A DNA stretch of 64,000 bases from a bacterium (GCA_017458675.1 JAFTAM010000096.1:10210-74209); one strand, 5' to 3'. Counted from the stretch's first letter, positions 19,426 through 29,337 are shown. Numbers and translations are program-made. The notes: a model not told the origin generated them from the sequence alone.

Positions 19426-20531
19426 ATGGAAAACATGCGCGAATCTTTGCTGCGCTCTTTCGATAAAGTTTTGACCTGCTCTATGCGGTCGGCGGTTATG
19501 GGCTCGTCGAAAGCCCGCAGACCGGCCAGCTTAAAGCCGTGCTTCTTGGCTAAGCGGCTTATCTCTTCGACTTTCTCTATATGCAGGCCGCGCCCTATGG
19601 AGTAATCTTCGAAGCGTCCTTCCATGGTTAAGATCATGGTTTCAGCCATGCAGGCCAGGCAGATGCCCTTGGGAAAGCCGAAATCGAAATTAAATTCGGG
19701 ATTCTCTCCCGGAGGCACGCAGACGCCGCCTTCGATCACTAAAATATCCGGTCTCAGCTGAGCCACCTCGCGGCAGACGTCGTGGGGCACGGCCACGTCG
19801 CAGATGACCGCTCCGGTTTTAAAGACGTTGGGCTTTAAAATGTCGCCGCCCGAGGAGGTGCAGGACACTACCAGATCGGCCTCCTGAATGGCAGTCTCCA
19901 TGTCTGTGGATATTTCCAGCTCCAGTTGGGGGGCGAGTTCATGTATCTCCTGAGCGGTCTTAGCCAGGCGGCTTTCGCTGCGGGCCAGCAGGAGCAGCTT
20001 GCCCAGCTTGTTTTTTGCCAGAATTTTGGAACAGACGCTGCCTATAGAGCCGGTTGCGCCTACCACGGCGGCGGTGGCTCCGGCTATGTCTTTGTCCAGA
20101 AGCTCATAGGCTTTGGCGGCGCCTTCGATGGCGGTGGCCACCGTATAGCTGTTGCCGCTGGTAATGGCAATCTCCATAGCCTCGGCTATTTCCAGGCCGG
20201 CCGAACCTACAACGGAGGTGTAGCCGCCTAAGCCGACTATCTGCGCGCCGTCCTTTTCCGCCAGTTTACAGGCGTCCATAATGCGCCCTACTACAAATTG
20301 GCGATCGAGGCCGGTAATTTGGGTGGGGAGGAGAGGAACGGTATAAAAATCGCCTTCGATGCCTTTGCCGTCATAGGCCGAGGTTATGCCCGTCACATGG
20401 GAAGCGTGATATGAGGGCGTCCATTCCAGCACTTTTTTGATGAGCGGTTCTCTTTTGCCTGAAACATGAGGCAGATGGCGGACGATATCGCGCATGCCTA
20501 AAGGATGAATAAGAAATCCGAAGCGGTTCAC
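19422..20531 (-). CDS. Acyl-ACP reductase (AAR) family NAD(P)-dependent oxidoreductase
   Basis: 369 aa. Block-wise similarity along the length to cyanobacterial AAR: the N-terminal FGxIxH, GLGGYTSVV versus ALGGFTSII, ATAAVVGATGSIGSVCSKIL versus ATVAVVGATGDIGSAVCRWL, LLLARSESRL versus LILTARNQERL, and the C-terminal ...HIEKVEEISRLAKKHGFKLAGL versus ...TIEKMEAIGEASVRHGFQPLAL. Confidence 0.8.
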   Translation of the reverse strand: MNRFGFLIHPLGMRDIVRHLPHVSGKREPLIKKVLEWTPSYHASHVTGITSAYDGKGIEGDFYTVPLLPTQITGLDRQFVVGRIMDACKLAEKDGAQIVGLGGYTSVVGSAGLEIAEAMEIAITSGNSYTVATAIEGAAKAYELLDKDIAGATAAVVGATGSIGSVCSKILAKNKLGKLLLLARSESRLAKTAQEIHELAPQLELEISTDMETAIQEADLVVSCTSSGGDILKPNVFKTGAVICDVAVPHDVCREVAQLRPDILVIEGGVCVPPGENPEFNFDFGFPKGICLACMAETMILTMEGRFEDYSIGRGLHIEKVEEISRLAKKHGFKLAGLRAFDEPITADRIEQVKTLSKERSKDSRMFSI

Positions 20532-20533
20532 GG

Positions 20534-20974
20534 CTAAGCCTGTCCTTCAACGCGTTTTTTCATGCTCTTCAGCATCATGTCGGAGTTTTCGGTAACCTTG
20601 ATTTCCAGAACTCCGCCTATCAGGTGAATCAGCTCGGGAATGCCGAAATCGTAATCGACGGTTAAGGTAATTTTGCAGCCTTCTTCGGTGGGCTCAAAGA
20701 TCCATTCGCCTTCAAACTTATCCAAATCTCCGTCAATGAGCTTGTAGCTGACGATCATATGCTCGTCGTCGAACTTATCCTGTTCGGTCCATATGATTTC
20801 CGTGCCGTCAATTTCCGTGACCCAATCGGTAACGGTGCTGTTTTCGCCTCGGTCAATTACGGTTACGCTCTGCACGTCGGGCATAAATTTAGGAAAGCTT
20901 TCCATATCCTTGGCGAGCTCATAGGCTTGGCGGGGATCGCCTTTTGCTTCGATACTGCGGACTACGTAAGTCAT
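20534..20974 (-). CDS. SRPBCC (START/Bet v1-like) ligand-binding protein
   Basis: 146 aa. Typical polyketide-cyclase/lipid-binding fold signature of that size. Only 3-nt gaps to its neighbours. Confidence 0.65.
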   Translation of the reverse strand: MTYVVRSIEAKGDPRQAYELAKDMESFPKFMPDVQSVTVIDRGENSTVTDWVTEIDGTEIIWTEQDKFDDEHMIVSYKLIDGDLDKFEGEWIFEPTEEGCKITLTVDYDFGIPELIHLIGGVLEIKVTENSDMMLKSMKKRVEGQA

Positions 20975-21027
20975 CTTGCCTCCGAAAGTTTTTGGGTTAA
21001 AAGTTTAAAGTTTCTGCCTGCTGCCGC

Positions 21028-22299
21028 TTAATCGTTAAATTTGCCGGCAAACATGGAGCGGGTCTTGGCTAAAGATTCCTCCAGAGATTTCAGGCAAAGA
21101 TCGATTTCTTCCCGTCCTATGGACAGGCAGGGTTCAAAGCGGATGACCTTAGGCTGATTCAAGGTATAAACCGCGATAATATTGCGGTGGGCCATCTCGG
21201 AAATGACGGAGCCGGCGTATTCTTCTCTGGTGGTTTCTATGCCCAGAAGCAGTCCCAGGCCGCGTACCTCTTTTATTATCTCGCCGTACTTGCCGGCCAG
21301 CTCCTGCAGGCGTCCTTTGAAATATGCTCCGCTTTGGGCCGATTTTTCGCAGAGGTTTTCCTTTTCGTAAACCTCCAGAGTCGCCAGGCCGGCCGTGCAG
21401 GCCAGGGCGCTGCCGCCGAAGGTGGAGGTGTGGATGGTGGGACGTCCCTTGAAGGCCTGCCAGACGTTGGGAGTGCCGATAAAAGCGCCGATGGGAATAA
21501 TTCCGCCGCTCAGGGCCTTGGCCATGACCAGAATATCGGGAACCACGTTCCAGTGATTGACGGCGAACATTTTGCCGGTGCGTCCGAAGCCGGTCTGAAC
21601 CTCGTCGGCGATCAGCAGAGCGCCATGTTTATCGCAGACTTCGCGAATTTTCTGCATATAACCGTCGGGAGCAACGTGAATGCCGCCCTCTCCCTGGACC
21701 GGTTCAATGATGACGGCGGCCACGCTTTCGTCAACGGCGCTTTCCAGAGTCTGGAAATCGCCGAAGGGGACGTGGCGCACTTCGGGCATTAAAGGAGCGA
21801 AGGGAGCGCGGTAATTGGGGCGGCCCGATACGGCCAGGCTGCCGGTCGACTTGCCGTGGAAAGCGTTTTCCATGGCTACAAAGACGGTGCGTCCGGTGCG
21901 CAGTCGGGCAATTTTCAGAGCGCCCTCGACGGCCTCGGTGCCGCTGTTGCAGAAGAAGGTAAATTTCAGGTCTCCCGGAGTAATTTCCGCCAGCTTCTTG
22001 GCCAGGCGGGCCTGGGCTTCGGTAAAGAATACCTTGGCGGAGAGAGACATTTTATGGAGCTGCTTTTCGATGGCTTCAATTACATGAGGGTGCGAATGGC
22101 CGATGCAGAAGACGCCGTAGCCTCCGGCCATATCCAGATATTTCTGGCCGGTGTTGTCCCATACCCAGCAGCCCTCGGCATGATCCTCTACCGTCCCCAG
22201 TCCGGTAATGCGGATGACTCTGGTCAGATCGGGATTGATATACTCGCGGTACATACGGGAAATTTCTCTGGTCGATAACTCTTCTGTCATATAAAACAC
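21028..22299 (-). CDS. Class-III (omega) PLP-dependent aminotransferase
   Basis: 423 aa. Gly-rich PLP-binding region (GGYGVFCIGHSHP), DEVQTGFGRTGKMFA with the Schiff-base Lys context (VMAKALSGG), C-terminal ...TFGGSALAC. Confidence 0.88.
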   Translation of the reverse strand: MFYMTEELSTREISRMYREYINPDLTRVIRITGLGTVEDHAEGCWVWDNTGQKYLDMAGGYGVFCIGHSHPHVIEAIEKQLHKMSLSAKVFFTEAQARLAKKLAEITPGDLKFTFFCNSGTEAVEGALKIARLRTGRTVFVAMENAFHGKSTGSLAVSGRPNYRAPFAPLMPEVRHVPFGDFQTLESAVDESVAAVIIEPVQGEGGIHVAPDGYMQKIREVCDKHGALLIADEVQTGFGRTGKMFAVNHWNVVPDILVMAKALSGGIIPIGAFIGTPNVWQAFKGRPTIHTSTFGGSALACTAGLATLEVYEKENLCEKSAQSGAYFKGRLQELAGKYGEIIKEVRGLGLLLGIETTREEYAGSVISEMAHRNIIAVYTLNQPKVIRFEPCLSIGREEIDLCLKSLEESLAKTRSMFAGKFND

Positions 22300-22505
22300 C
22301 CTATTTCAGCAGCTCGGTATGAACCTTGCAGAAATAAATAATATCTGCAGCTCGGCGGCTGCAGATTCTTAACTGATATAAGCTGTCTGCAATTCTCCGC
22401 TTTATTCCCCTTTCCTTTAGAATAATAATTTGAGGCTTTCAAGCGGCGGGTCATAATTATTTATGCAGATAGGAGGTTGCGGCAGCCGCAGAAAAATAGG
22501 CGTCT

Positions 22506-23435
22506 ATGCCGAATTTGATTACCCGCCGCTCATATATGTGGATCGCTTTGCTGCTTCTGCTTTTTGCGGGCGGATGCGGCGGCGCGGGCGCGCCGGGAAG
22601 GCCCCTGTACAATCAGGCGCCTTTTGCCGCGGGTACGGGAGAAAAAAGCCTCAGAGTCATTAGCCTGTCGCCGGCGGCGACGGAGACGATCTGCGATCTC
22701 AGGGCCGGCGATATGCTGGTAGGCGTTACCGACAACGACGATTATCCAGAGTTTGTCAGGAAAATTCCCAGCGTGGGCGATATGAATCCCAATCTGGAAA
22801 TAATCGCCGCTTTGGAGCCGGACGTAATTTTTTACGACGAAGGGCTGCTCTCCGCAGAGGCTCAGAGCCGCCTGAAGCGGCTGCGCTTTCGCAGCGTTCC
22901 GATAAAGCAGAACTCCGTGCAGGATATAAGGCGCAATCTGCTCTTTATCGCCGAGGTCCTGAACCTTCCGGAGCAGGGTCGGAGAGCGGCGGCAGAGTTC
23001 GATAGGCGCATGGAGCGTCTTCGTTTAAATAAATGTGAGCTTGAGCGGAAAGAGCTGAAGCTTTTTCTGGTCATCTGGCCCAACCCGCTTACGACGGCGA
23101 GCGGCGGTTCCTTTGTGGGCGAGCTCATCGGTTTGGCGGGAGCGCGCAGCTGCTACTCGGAAGCGGGACTGCAGGATTATCCCGTCGTTTCTATGGAAGA
23201 TCTCTTAAAGCGCGATCCGGATTTGATCGTTTTGGGCATGGATTCGCCCTTTGACGCAAGCCGCGCCGGCGGCTGGCCGTCTCTGCGGGCGGTCAGAAGC
23301 GGCTGTGTGTTTGATATACCGGGAAGTCTGCTCTTTCGTCCCACCCTGCGCTGTTTGGACGGGGTCGAAAAAATGCAGGAATGCTGCCGCCAGTGTCTGG
23401 AAAAGCGCCGTAACACGCCGGAAGCCGCTTTTTGA
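22506..23435 (+). CDS. ABC transporter substrate-binding protein, FecB/BtuF (cluster A-II) family
   Basis: 309 aa. Signal/lipoprotein N-terminus (LLLLFAGGCGG) and the LRVISLSPAATETICDL motif typical of siderophore/cobalamin-binding proteins. Confidence 0.8.
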   Translation: MPNLITRRSYMWIALLLLLFAGGCGGAGAPGRPLYNQAPFAAGTGEKSLRVISLSPAATETICDLRAGDMLVGVTDNDDYPEFVRKIPSVGDMNPNLEIIAALEPDVIFYDEGLLSAEAQSRLKRLRFRSVPIKQNSVQDIRRNLLFIAEVLNLPEQGRRAAAEFDRRMERLRLNKCELERKELKLFLVIWPNPLTTASGGSFVGELIGLAGARSCYSEAGLQDYPVVSMEDLLKRDPDLIVLGMDSPFDASRAGGWPSLRAVRSGCVFDIPGSLLFRPTLRCLDGVEKMQECCRQCLEKRRNTPEAAF

Positions 23436-24451
23436 CAGAGTTTATGTTTATGCGTTATCGAGGTCTGCTGTTTATAGCTCTTTCACTGCTGCTTCTGCTG
23501 CTGTCGGCGGCCATAGCGGCTTCTTTCGGCTCAGTGCATATTCCCTTCGGGAGCGTCTGCCGCGGCTTTTTTTCCCTCGATGTTCTGACGGAGGCGGAAA
23601 GGGTGATCATTTTTGATCTGCGCCTGCCCAGAATCGCTCTGGCCTTCGGCGTGGGCGCGGCCTTGTCTCTTTCGGGCTGCGGTCTGCAGAGCATTCTGCG
23701 CAATCCTCTGGCCGATCCTTATATAGTGGGGACCTCTTCAGGGGCCTGCCTGGGCGCCGCGCTGGCTATTGTATGGCATGTCCCCCCGCTGTTCGGAGTA
23801 TGCTCTGCCGTTCCGGTCCTGGCCTTTGCGGGCGCGGTGCTGGCCATGGGAGCGGTCTATTTCCTGGCTAAAGTCAACAATGTGCTTCCGGTCGAAAACT
23901 TTCTGCTGTCCGGAGTTATAGTGGGATCGTTTATAGGGGCTTTGGTCAGCTTTCTTATGACCGCCGCCGGAAGCGATCTCCACAGAGTCATTTTGTGGAT
24001 GGTCGGCACGCTCGGTCAATCTGAGCCTGCCTCTGTTTGGATGGTTTTTTCCTATCTGCTGGCCGGCGGACTGGTTCTGTGGCTTAACTCCGGAGCGCTG
24101 AACGTCATGGGCATGGGAGAGGAGAAGGCCCAGACTTTGGGCGTAAATGTGGAGAGGCTGAAGCTGGCGGTAATTGCAGCCTGCTCTCTGATGACGGCGG
24201 CGGCGGTCTCCGCCGCCGGCATGATCGGCTTTTTGGGTTTAGTCGTTCCTCATGTTTCCAGAAGCCTGATCGGTCCCGAACACCGAATTTTGCTCCCTGC
24301 CGCTCTGCTTAACGGAGGCGCTTTTTTAATATTGGCCGATACGCTGGCCAGAACGGCCGTATCCCCCCAGGAGCTCCCGGTGGGAGCGGTTACCGCCCTT
24401 TGCGGCGCGCCCTTTTTCTTTTGGGTCATGCACAGAAAGATGAAAAACTGA
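23432..24451 (+). CDS. ABC transporter permease, FecCD/BtuC family
   Basis: 339 aa with about 9-10 TM helices, translationally coupled to the binding-protein gene. Confidence 0.85.
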   Translation: MTEFMFMRYRGLLFIALSLLLLLLSAAIAASFGSVHIPFGSVCRGFFSLDVLTEAERVIIFDLRLPRIALAFGVGAALSLSGCGLQSILRNPLADPYIVGTSSGACLGAALAIVWHVPPLFGVCSAVPVLAFAGAVLAMGAVYFLAKVNNVLPVENFLLSGVIVGSFIGALVSFLMTAAGSDLHRVILWMVGTLGQSEPASVWMVFSYLLAGGLVLWLNSGALNVMGMGEEKAQTLGVNVERLKLAVIAACSLMTAAAVSAAGMIGFLGLVVPHVSRSLIGPEHRILLPAALLNGGAFLILADTLARTAVSPQELPVGAVTALCGAPFFFWVMHRKMKN

Positions 24452-24462
24452 GGTAAAGGAAG

Positions 24463-25284
24463 TTGAGCACGGAAACTGGCGGCGGAGAAGCGCCGAAAAC
24501 GGCGCTGCAGGCTCTGAGCCTGAGCTATGCTTACGGCGGCGGACCTTTGATCCTGGACGGTCTGTCGGCGGAAATAAGGGCGGGAGAGTTTGTAGGAATT
24601 TTAGGGACCAACGGAACAGGCAAATCTACCTTTCTGCGCCTTATGGCCGGACTTCTGCGCCCCCGGTCTGGCAAGGCCGTTCTCAAGGGGCGCGATATCG
24701 CTTCTTTAAGCCGCCGCCAGATCGCCTGCGAGCTGGCTTTTGTGCCTCAGGAACCTTCCGTATGGCTGCCCTTTACCTGCCGGGAGGTAGTGAGCATGGG
24801 CAGATACGTCAGAAGCTCGGGCTGGAAATATTCTGCCGAGGATCTGGAAATTGCAGAGAGATGCATGCGCGAGACCCGCACCCTGGAACTGGCCGATCGC
24901 AGAGTCTGCGAGCTTTCCGGGGGCGAGCTGCAGCGGGTCTGCATCGCTCAGGCCCTGGCTCAGGAGACCGAAATTTTAATGCTGGACGAGCCGACTTCGC
25001 ACCTGGATATTTCCTTTCAGCTTGATATTATGGAGCTTCTGGCCGAACTGCAGCGCCGGCGCAATCTGACGGTAGCTGCGGTGCTGCACGATCTCAACCT
25101 GGCTGCTCAGTTCTGCAGCCGGCTGCTGATTTTGAACGGGGGCGGGGTTTTTGCCGACGGCAGTCCTGCCGAGGTTCTTACGTCTGATAATCTGCGCCGG
25201 GTATTTAAAGTAGAGGCGGATATTTCTTCCGAGGGCGCAGGACCCAGGATCTGGCTGCGCTCAAGCAGCCGATCCGAGTTCTGA
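24463..25284 (+). CDS. ABC transporter ATP-binding protein (FecE/BtuD-like)
   Basis: Walker A (GTNGTGKST), signature LSGGELQRV, Walker B (ILMLDEPTSHLD). Confidence 0.9.
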   Translation: MSTETGGGEAPKTALQALSLSYAYGGGPLILDGLSAEIRAGEFVGILGTNGTGKSTFLRLMAGLLRPRSGKAVLKGRDIASLSRRQIACELAFVPQEPSVWLPFTCREVVSMGRYVRSSGWKYSAEDLEIAERCMRETRTLELADRRVCELSGGELQRVCIAQALAQETEILMLDEPTSHLDISFQLDIMELLAELQRRRNLTVAAVLHDLNLAAQFCSRLLILNGGGVFADGSPAEVLTSDNLRRVFKVEADISSEGAGPRIWLRSSSRSEF

Positions 25285-25349
25285 AGGGGACGGAGCGGAA
25301 AAGAGTAAATTATCTGCAAATTTGCAATGAGGCAGGAGCGCTGAAGATT

Positions 25350-26135
25350 ATGTCAAGGAAATTTTTGTCTGGAAAATACGGTAAGTCTCTGCTGTTTTGG
25401 ATGTGTATGTGTCTGTGCCTGGCTCTGCCGGCGCTGGCTTCGGTCATTTCCACCAAACAGGAAATTCAGATCGGCAGATCGTCCTCGGCTCAGATTGAGA
25501 AGAAATACGGCTTGGTAAACGATCCCGCTTTATGCGGAAAAATTGAAGCTCTGGGAAGAAAACTGGCCGCCAATTCTCAGCGCGATAAGATCTCCTACAG
25601 CTTTAAGGTCCTCAATCAGGACGTCGTCAACGCCTTCGCCTTTCCCGGAGGCTTTGTCTATGTCACTAAGGGCATATGCAAAGTTATGAATCTCAATCAG
25701 TTGAGCTTTGTCATGGGCCATGAAATTACCCACGTGGAAAAGCGCCATTCTGTCAAAGGCATAGAGCGCAATGTCATGGGGCAGATGGGCGGTTCGCTCC
25801 TGGTCAGCCTTTTGGGCGGAGGCAGCCGAAAGCAGATGAATACTCTGGTCAATATGACCAATTTTGTTGTCAACAACCATTACAGTCAGGATCAGGAGCG
25901 CGAGGCCGATGAAGGCGGCATGGAACTGATGAGCGCGGCCGGCTTCGATCCCCAGTATGCGGTGGAGGCCCTGGAGGTACTCAAAAAGAATGACAGCGGC
26001 AAGGGCGACAGCCAATTTATGAATTCTTTGCTGAGCAGCCATCCTCTGACGAAGGAGCGCATTGAGAGCGCCAACGGCAGAGTGGCCGATCTTCGCAAAA
26101 GATACGGACTGCAGGCCGGGGCCTCGGGCTTCTGA
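25350..26135 (+). CDS. M48-family zinc metallopeptidase (secreted or lipoprotein)
   Basis: Signal peptide, HEITH zinc motif (MGHEITHVEKRH) and a downstream Glu (QEREADEGG). Confidence 0.8.
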   Translation: MSRKFLSGKYGKSLLFWMCMCLCLALPALASVISTKQEIQIGRSSSAQIEKKYGLVNDPALCGKIEALGRKLAANSQRDKISYSFKVLNQDVVNAFAFPGGFVYVTKGICKVMNLNQLSFVMGHEITHVEKRHSVKGIERNVMGQMGGSLLVSLLGGGSRKQMNTLVNMTNFVVNNHYSQDQEREADEGGMELMSAAGFDPQYAVEALEVLKKNDSGKGDSQFMNSLLSSHPLTKERIESANGRVADLRKRYGLQAGASGF

Positions 26136-26217
26136 TTAGTGCGCAGGAAATTTTTGCTTCCTTATGGTATAAAATTATTCTTTGCTTTATCTGCAGATAC
26201 TTTTTCAGGTGAGGGTT

Positions 26218-29007
26218 ATGACGGACTTAAAAGGATGGGTTAAAGGACAGAGGATAATCAATGAATCCGATCCGCATATGGGTCTGGGAATTGTAGATTC
26301 TGTACAGGACGGCCTGATAAAGGTGTTCTTTCCCGCTAAGGCTGAATCGTATCTTTACCGTTTGAAGACCGCGCCTCTGCGCCGCATAATCCTCCGTGAG
26401 GGCCAGGCTGCCGCCAGCCGCGGCGGAGAGCATTTTCGGATAAGCAAAACCGAAGAGAGAGACGGCCTGATTTATTATTATAACGAAGACGGTTCGATAG
26501 TTCTGCCGGAATTTGATTTGGACGATAAGGTCCCTCTGGCCAGCTCCCTGGGGCGCATGCGCTACAGCAACGTGGGCTATCCCGAGGATTTGGATCTGCG
26601 TCTGGAGGCCCATGCGGTGCGTTCCGCGATGTATTCTTCCTCTTCTTATTTCCTGGGAGCTTCGCGCATAACCGTACTGCCTCACCAGCTTTACACCGTG
26701 CAGAAGGTCGCTTCCATGCTCAATCCCCGAGTGCTGCTTGCCGATGAAGTGGGCCTGGGCAAAACCATTGAAGCCGGCATGATCTTCAGCGCTCTGCGAG
26801 CTGGCGGCAGAGCCTCGCGGGTGCTGATAATTCTGCCCGACAGTCTGGCCAGTCAATGGCTGGCGGAGATGGCCCGACGTTTCAATGAGGTGTTCCGCCT
26901 TATCGGCCGCGAGTGCCTGGAAGAGGAGAATAATCCTTACGGCGGCTCCCGCCGGGCTATTACTCCCTGGACGGCTCTAAAGGAAGGGCTGCTGGAGGAG
27001 GCCTGTCAGTTTAAATGGGATATGCTGATAGTGGATGAAGCCCATCATCTTCATGAGGGAGAGGAAGCTTATGAAGCGGTAAAGCGCCTGGCCCAGCTTT
27101 CGCGCAGCGTGCTGCTGCTGACGGCTACGCCCTCCCGAGGCGGCATTGAAACCGAATTCGGACTGCTGCGCATTTTGGACCCGCAGCGTTTTTCCGATTT
27201 CGACAAATACTGCACCGAGCGCGAATTCTGGCAGTGCGGTTCCAGCTTTGCCAGGTTCTTATGCGGCTATAGAGACAACGCCATGGCTGAAAATTTGCAG
27301 GCTTTGGACGGCGTAAGCGGTCTCTATGCCGAAGATAAGCAGATCCGGGCTTTGACGGAGAAATGCCGCATATCTTTAAAGGACGGAAGCTCAGAAGAAA
27401 GAGACAAAGCGTTCGAGGATTTGCTCGGCGCCATGATTGACCGGCACGGTCCGGGAAGGGTGATCTTCCGCAACAGGCGGCTCCGTCTGTCCGGTCTCTT
27501 CTGCGGGCGTCATATCAACGCCGTGGTTCTGTCGCGCCGAATATCCGACAACAGCTATGCCGCTTTCCGCGAACTCACCGATATTCAGTCCAAGCAGGAT
27601 CCCAGAGTACTGTGGATAGCTTCGTATATTCTTACGCATCCGGGCGAAAAGATCGTTTTAATTGCCAACCGCATGCATCTGGTGGCGCTGCTGCATGAGC
27701 GCCTGCGCGATGTTTTCGGCATATATTCTGCCGTTTTCCATGAGGGCATGAGCGTTTTTGACCGCGACAAACAGGCAGCCTGGTTTAACGATCCCGAAGG
27801 AGCGAATATTCTGCTCTGCAGTGAAATAGGCAGCGAGGGACGCAATTTCCAAAGCGCGCATACCCTGATATTCTGGGATATCCCTCTGCCTCCCGACGTG
27901 GTGGAGCAGCGCATCGGACGTTTGGACCGCATCGGTCAGACGCAGCCTGTGGAGGTTTATGTGCTCTGTTTCGCAGGCGGCAAAGAGGAGAGGCTCTTCC
28001 GCTGGCATGAGGCCGTCGGTTCGTTTGACGGCCCGGTAGTCGGCGGCGACGATATTATCAACGACGTCGATCTGCTGGATAACCTCGGCGCTGATAATTT
28101 TGACGATATCATTAAAAAATCTCTGCGCTTTGCCAGGGCTTACCGCCGTGAGGCGGAGGCCAATGTCGATTATCTGGTCGATATCAATTCTTTTGACGAG
28201 GCGAAGGGCGGAAAGCTCAGGGATATGGTGCTGGAGGAGGACGCCGGCATCGGTCTGGAAAGCGTTGTCATTAAGCTTTTGGGACGCTTCGGCGTAAATG
28301 TGGACGATCAGTCGATACCTCACTTGTATCGCCTTTCTTCCGGCAAGGAGCAGCAGATCGAAACTCTGGCGCGCATCAATGAAAATGGCACGCTGGTTAC
28401 CTTTGACCGCAGCTATGCTCTGGCCCGCGAGGACGTCGAGTATCTTAACGGAGCGCATCCTATGGTTAAGGAGCTGTTATCCTTTATGCTGGACGGTACG
28501 GAGGGCAGCGCTTCGGCGGTTACCTGGAGGAACGCTCCGAGCAGCGGCGTGATAGTGCAGTTTTTATTTATCTTTGAAGCTCTGGGCCCCGATTATCTGG
28601 AGATAGACAGATATCTGACCCCTCTGCCCTTAAAAATTAACGCTCTGCTGAACGGCGGCATCTATAAAGGAGATATTCCTGCCGGCGCGGATTTAAAGCG
28701 CATTAAGCCTGCTGCGGCAGCGTCGGTGTGGGAGCAGATCGGCGAAAAGGTTGAGGCGCTGTCGGAGAAGGTTTCCAATCTGGTCAATTCTCTGGTGACG
28801 AGCACCCGCGCTCAGGCGCTGAAAAAAGCCGAGCGTCTGCTTGAAAACGAGACCTCCAGACTTATTGAACTGCAGAAGGTCAACCCGGGAATTTCCGATG
28901 CGGAAATCGCCGCTCAGAAAAAGCTCGGCGAGGAGATCTGCGAAGCGATAAAAAATGCGGCTCCGCGTCTGGACGCCGTGAGATTGGTGGTTTTGGAAAA
29001 GAAGTAG
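26218..29007 (+). CDS. rapA: RNA polymerase-associated SNF2-family ATPase RapA (HepA)
   Basis: SNF2 helicase motifs (LLADEVGLGKTIEAG, DEAHHL, a TATPSRGG-containing SAT-like block, QRIGRLDRIGQ) and the RapA N-terminal Tudor-like region. The ATG at 26218 is preferred, with GAGG upstream. Confidence 0.9.
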   Translation: MTDLKGWVKGQRIINESDPHMGLGIVDSVQDGLIKVFFPAKAESYLYRLKTAPLRRIILREGQAAASRGGEHFRISKTEERDGLIYYYNEDGSIVLPEFDLDDKVPLASSLGRMRYSNVGYPEDLDLRLEAHAVRSAMYSSSSYFLGASRITVLPHQLYTVQKVASMLNPRVLLADEVGLGKTIEAGMIFSALRAGGRASRVLIILPDSLASQWLAEMARRFNEVFRLIGRECLEEENNPYGGSRRAITPWTALKEGLLEEACQFKWDMLIVDEAHHLHEGEEAYEAVKRLAQLSRSVLLLTATPSRGGIETEFGLLRILDPQRFSDFDKYCTEREFWQCGSSFARFLCGYRDNAMAENLQALDGVSGLYAEDKQIRALTEKCRISLKDGSSEERDKAFEDLLGAMIDRHGPGRVIFRNRRLRLSGLFCGRHINAVVLSRRISDNSYAAFRELTDIQSKQDPRVLWIASYILTHPGEKIVLIANRMHLVALLHERLRDVFGIYSAVFHEGMSVFDRDKQAAWFNDPEGANILLCSEIGSEGRNFQSAHTLIFWDIPLPPDVVEQRIGRLDRIGQTQPVEVYVLCFAGGKEERLFRWHEAVGSFDGPVVGGDDIINDVDLLDNLGADNFDDIIKKSLRFARAYRREAEANVDYLVDINSFDEAKGGKLRDMVLEEDAGIGLESVVIKLLGRFGVNVDDQSIPHLYRLSSGKEQQIETLARINENGTLVTFDRSYALAREDVEYLNGAHPMVKELLSFMLDGTEGSASAVTWRNAPSSGVIVQFLFIFEALGPDYLEIDRYLTPLPLKINALLNGGIYKGDIPAGADLKRIKPAAAASVWEQIGEKVEALSEKVSNLVNSLVTSTRAQALKKAERLLENETSRLIELQKVNPGISDAEIAAQKKLGEEICEAIKNAAPRLDAVRLVVLEKK

Positions 29008-29190
29008 CTTCTGACGGAACGGAGGAGAGGCTGAACCGGACTGCTGAGCTCAGCCTCGGACCCGGGACAGGCAATAATGTCGACGAGCTTTTCCGGAACG
29101 GCGGAACGCTTGTTCCGAACGAAAGAATCCCTGCCGGACCGGCAGAGGCGCGCGGCCGATAAAAAAAATCATTTTTTTTGTCTTTGTTTA

Positions 29191-29219
29191 TTGACATAAT
29201 GGCGTCATATAAATATAAT
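29191..29219 (+). promoter_or_regulatory. Consensus sigma70 promoter for the tRNA operon (TTGACA, 17 nt, TATAAT)
   Basis: Perfect -35 and -10 hexamers with optimal spacing, about 22 nt upstream of tRNA-Pro. An A8/T8 tract at 29161-29180 could act as an UP-like element. Confidence 0.65.
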
Positions 29220-29241
29220 ACCTCTGCCCGGTTGGTTGCGA

Positions 29242-29319
29242 CGGAGCATAGCGCAGTCTGGATAGCGCACTTGCTTTGGGAGCAAGGGGTCGCCGGTTCA
29301 AATCCGGCTGCTCCGACCA
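29242..29319 (+). tRNA. tRNA-Pro (anticodon TGG)
   Basis: Hand-folded cloverleaf: acceptor CGGAGCA/TGCTCCG, D-stem GCGC, anticodon loop TTTGGGA, T-loop TTCAAAT, CCA encoded. Confidence 0.85.
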
Positions 29320-29337
29320 TTATTAGGGTAAGAACGA

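Noticed and set aside
22300-22505. Cobalamin riboswitch upstream of the BtuF-like binding protein
   Set aside because: No B12-box-like consensus or extended conserved stems could be found by eye. The region is left as a generic divergent promoter.
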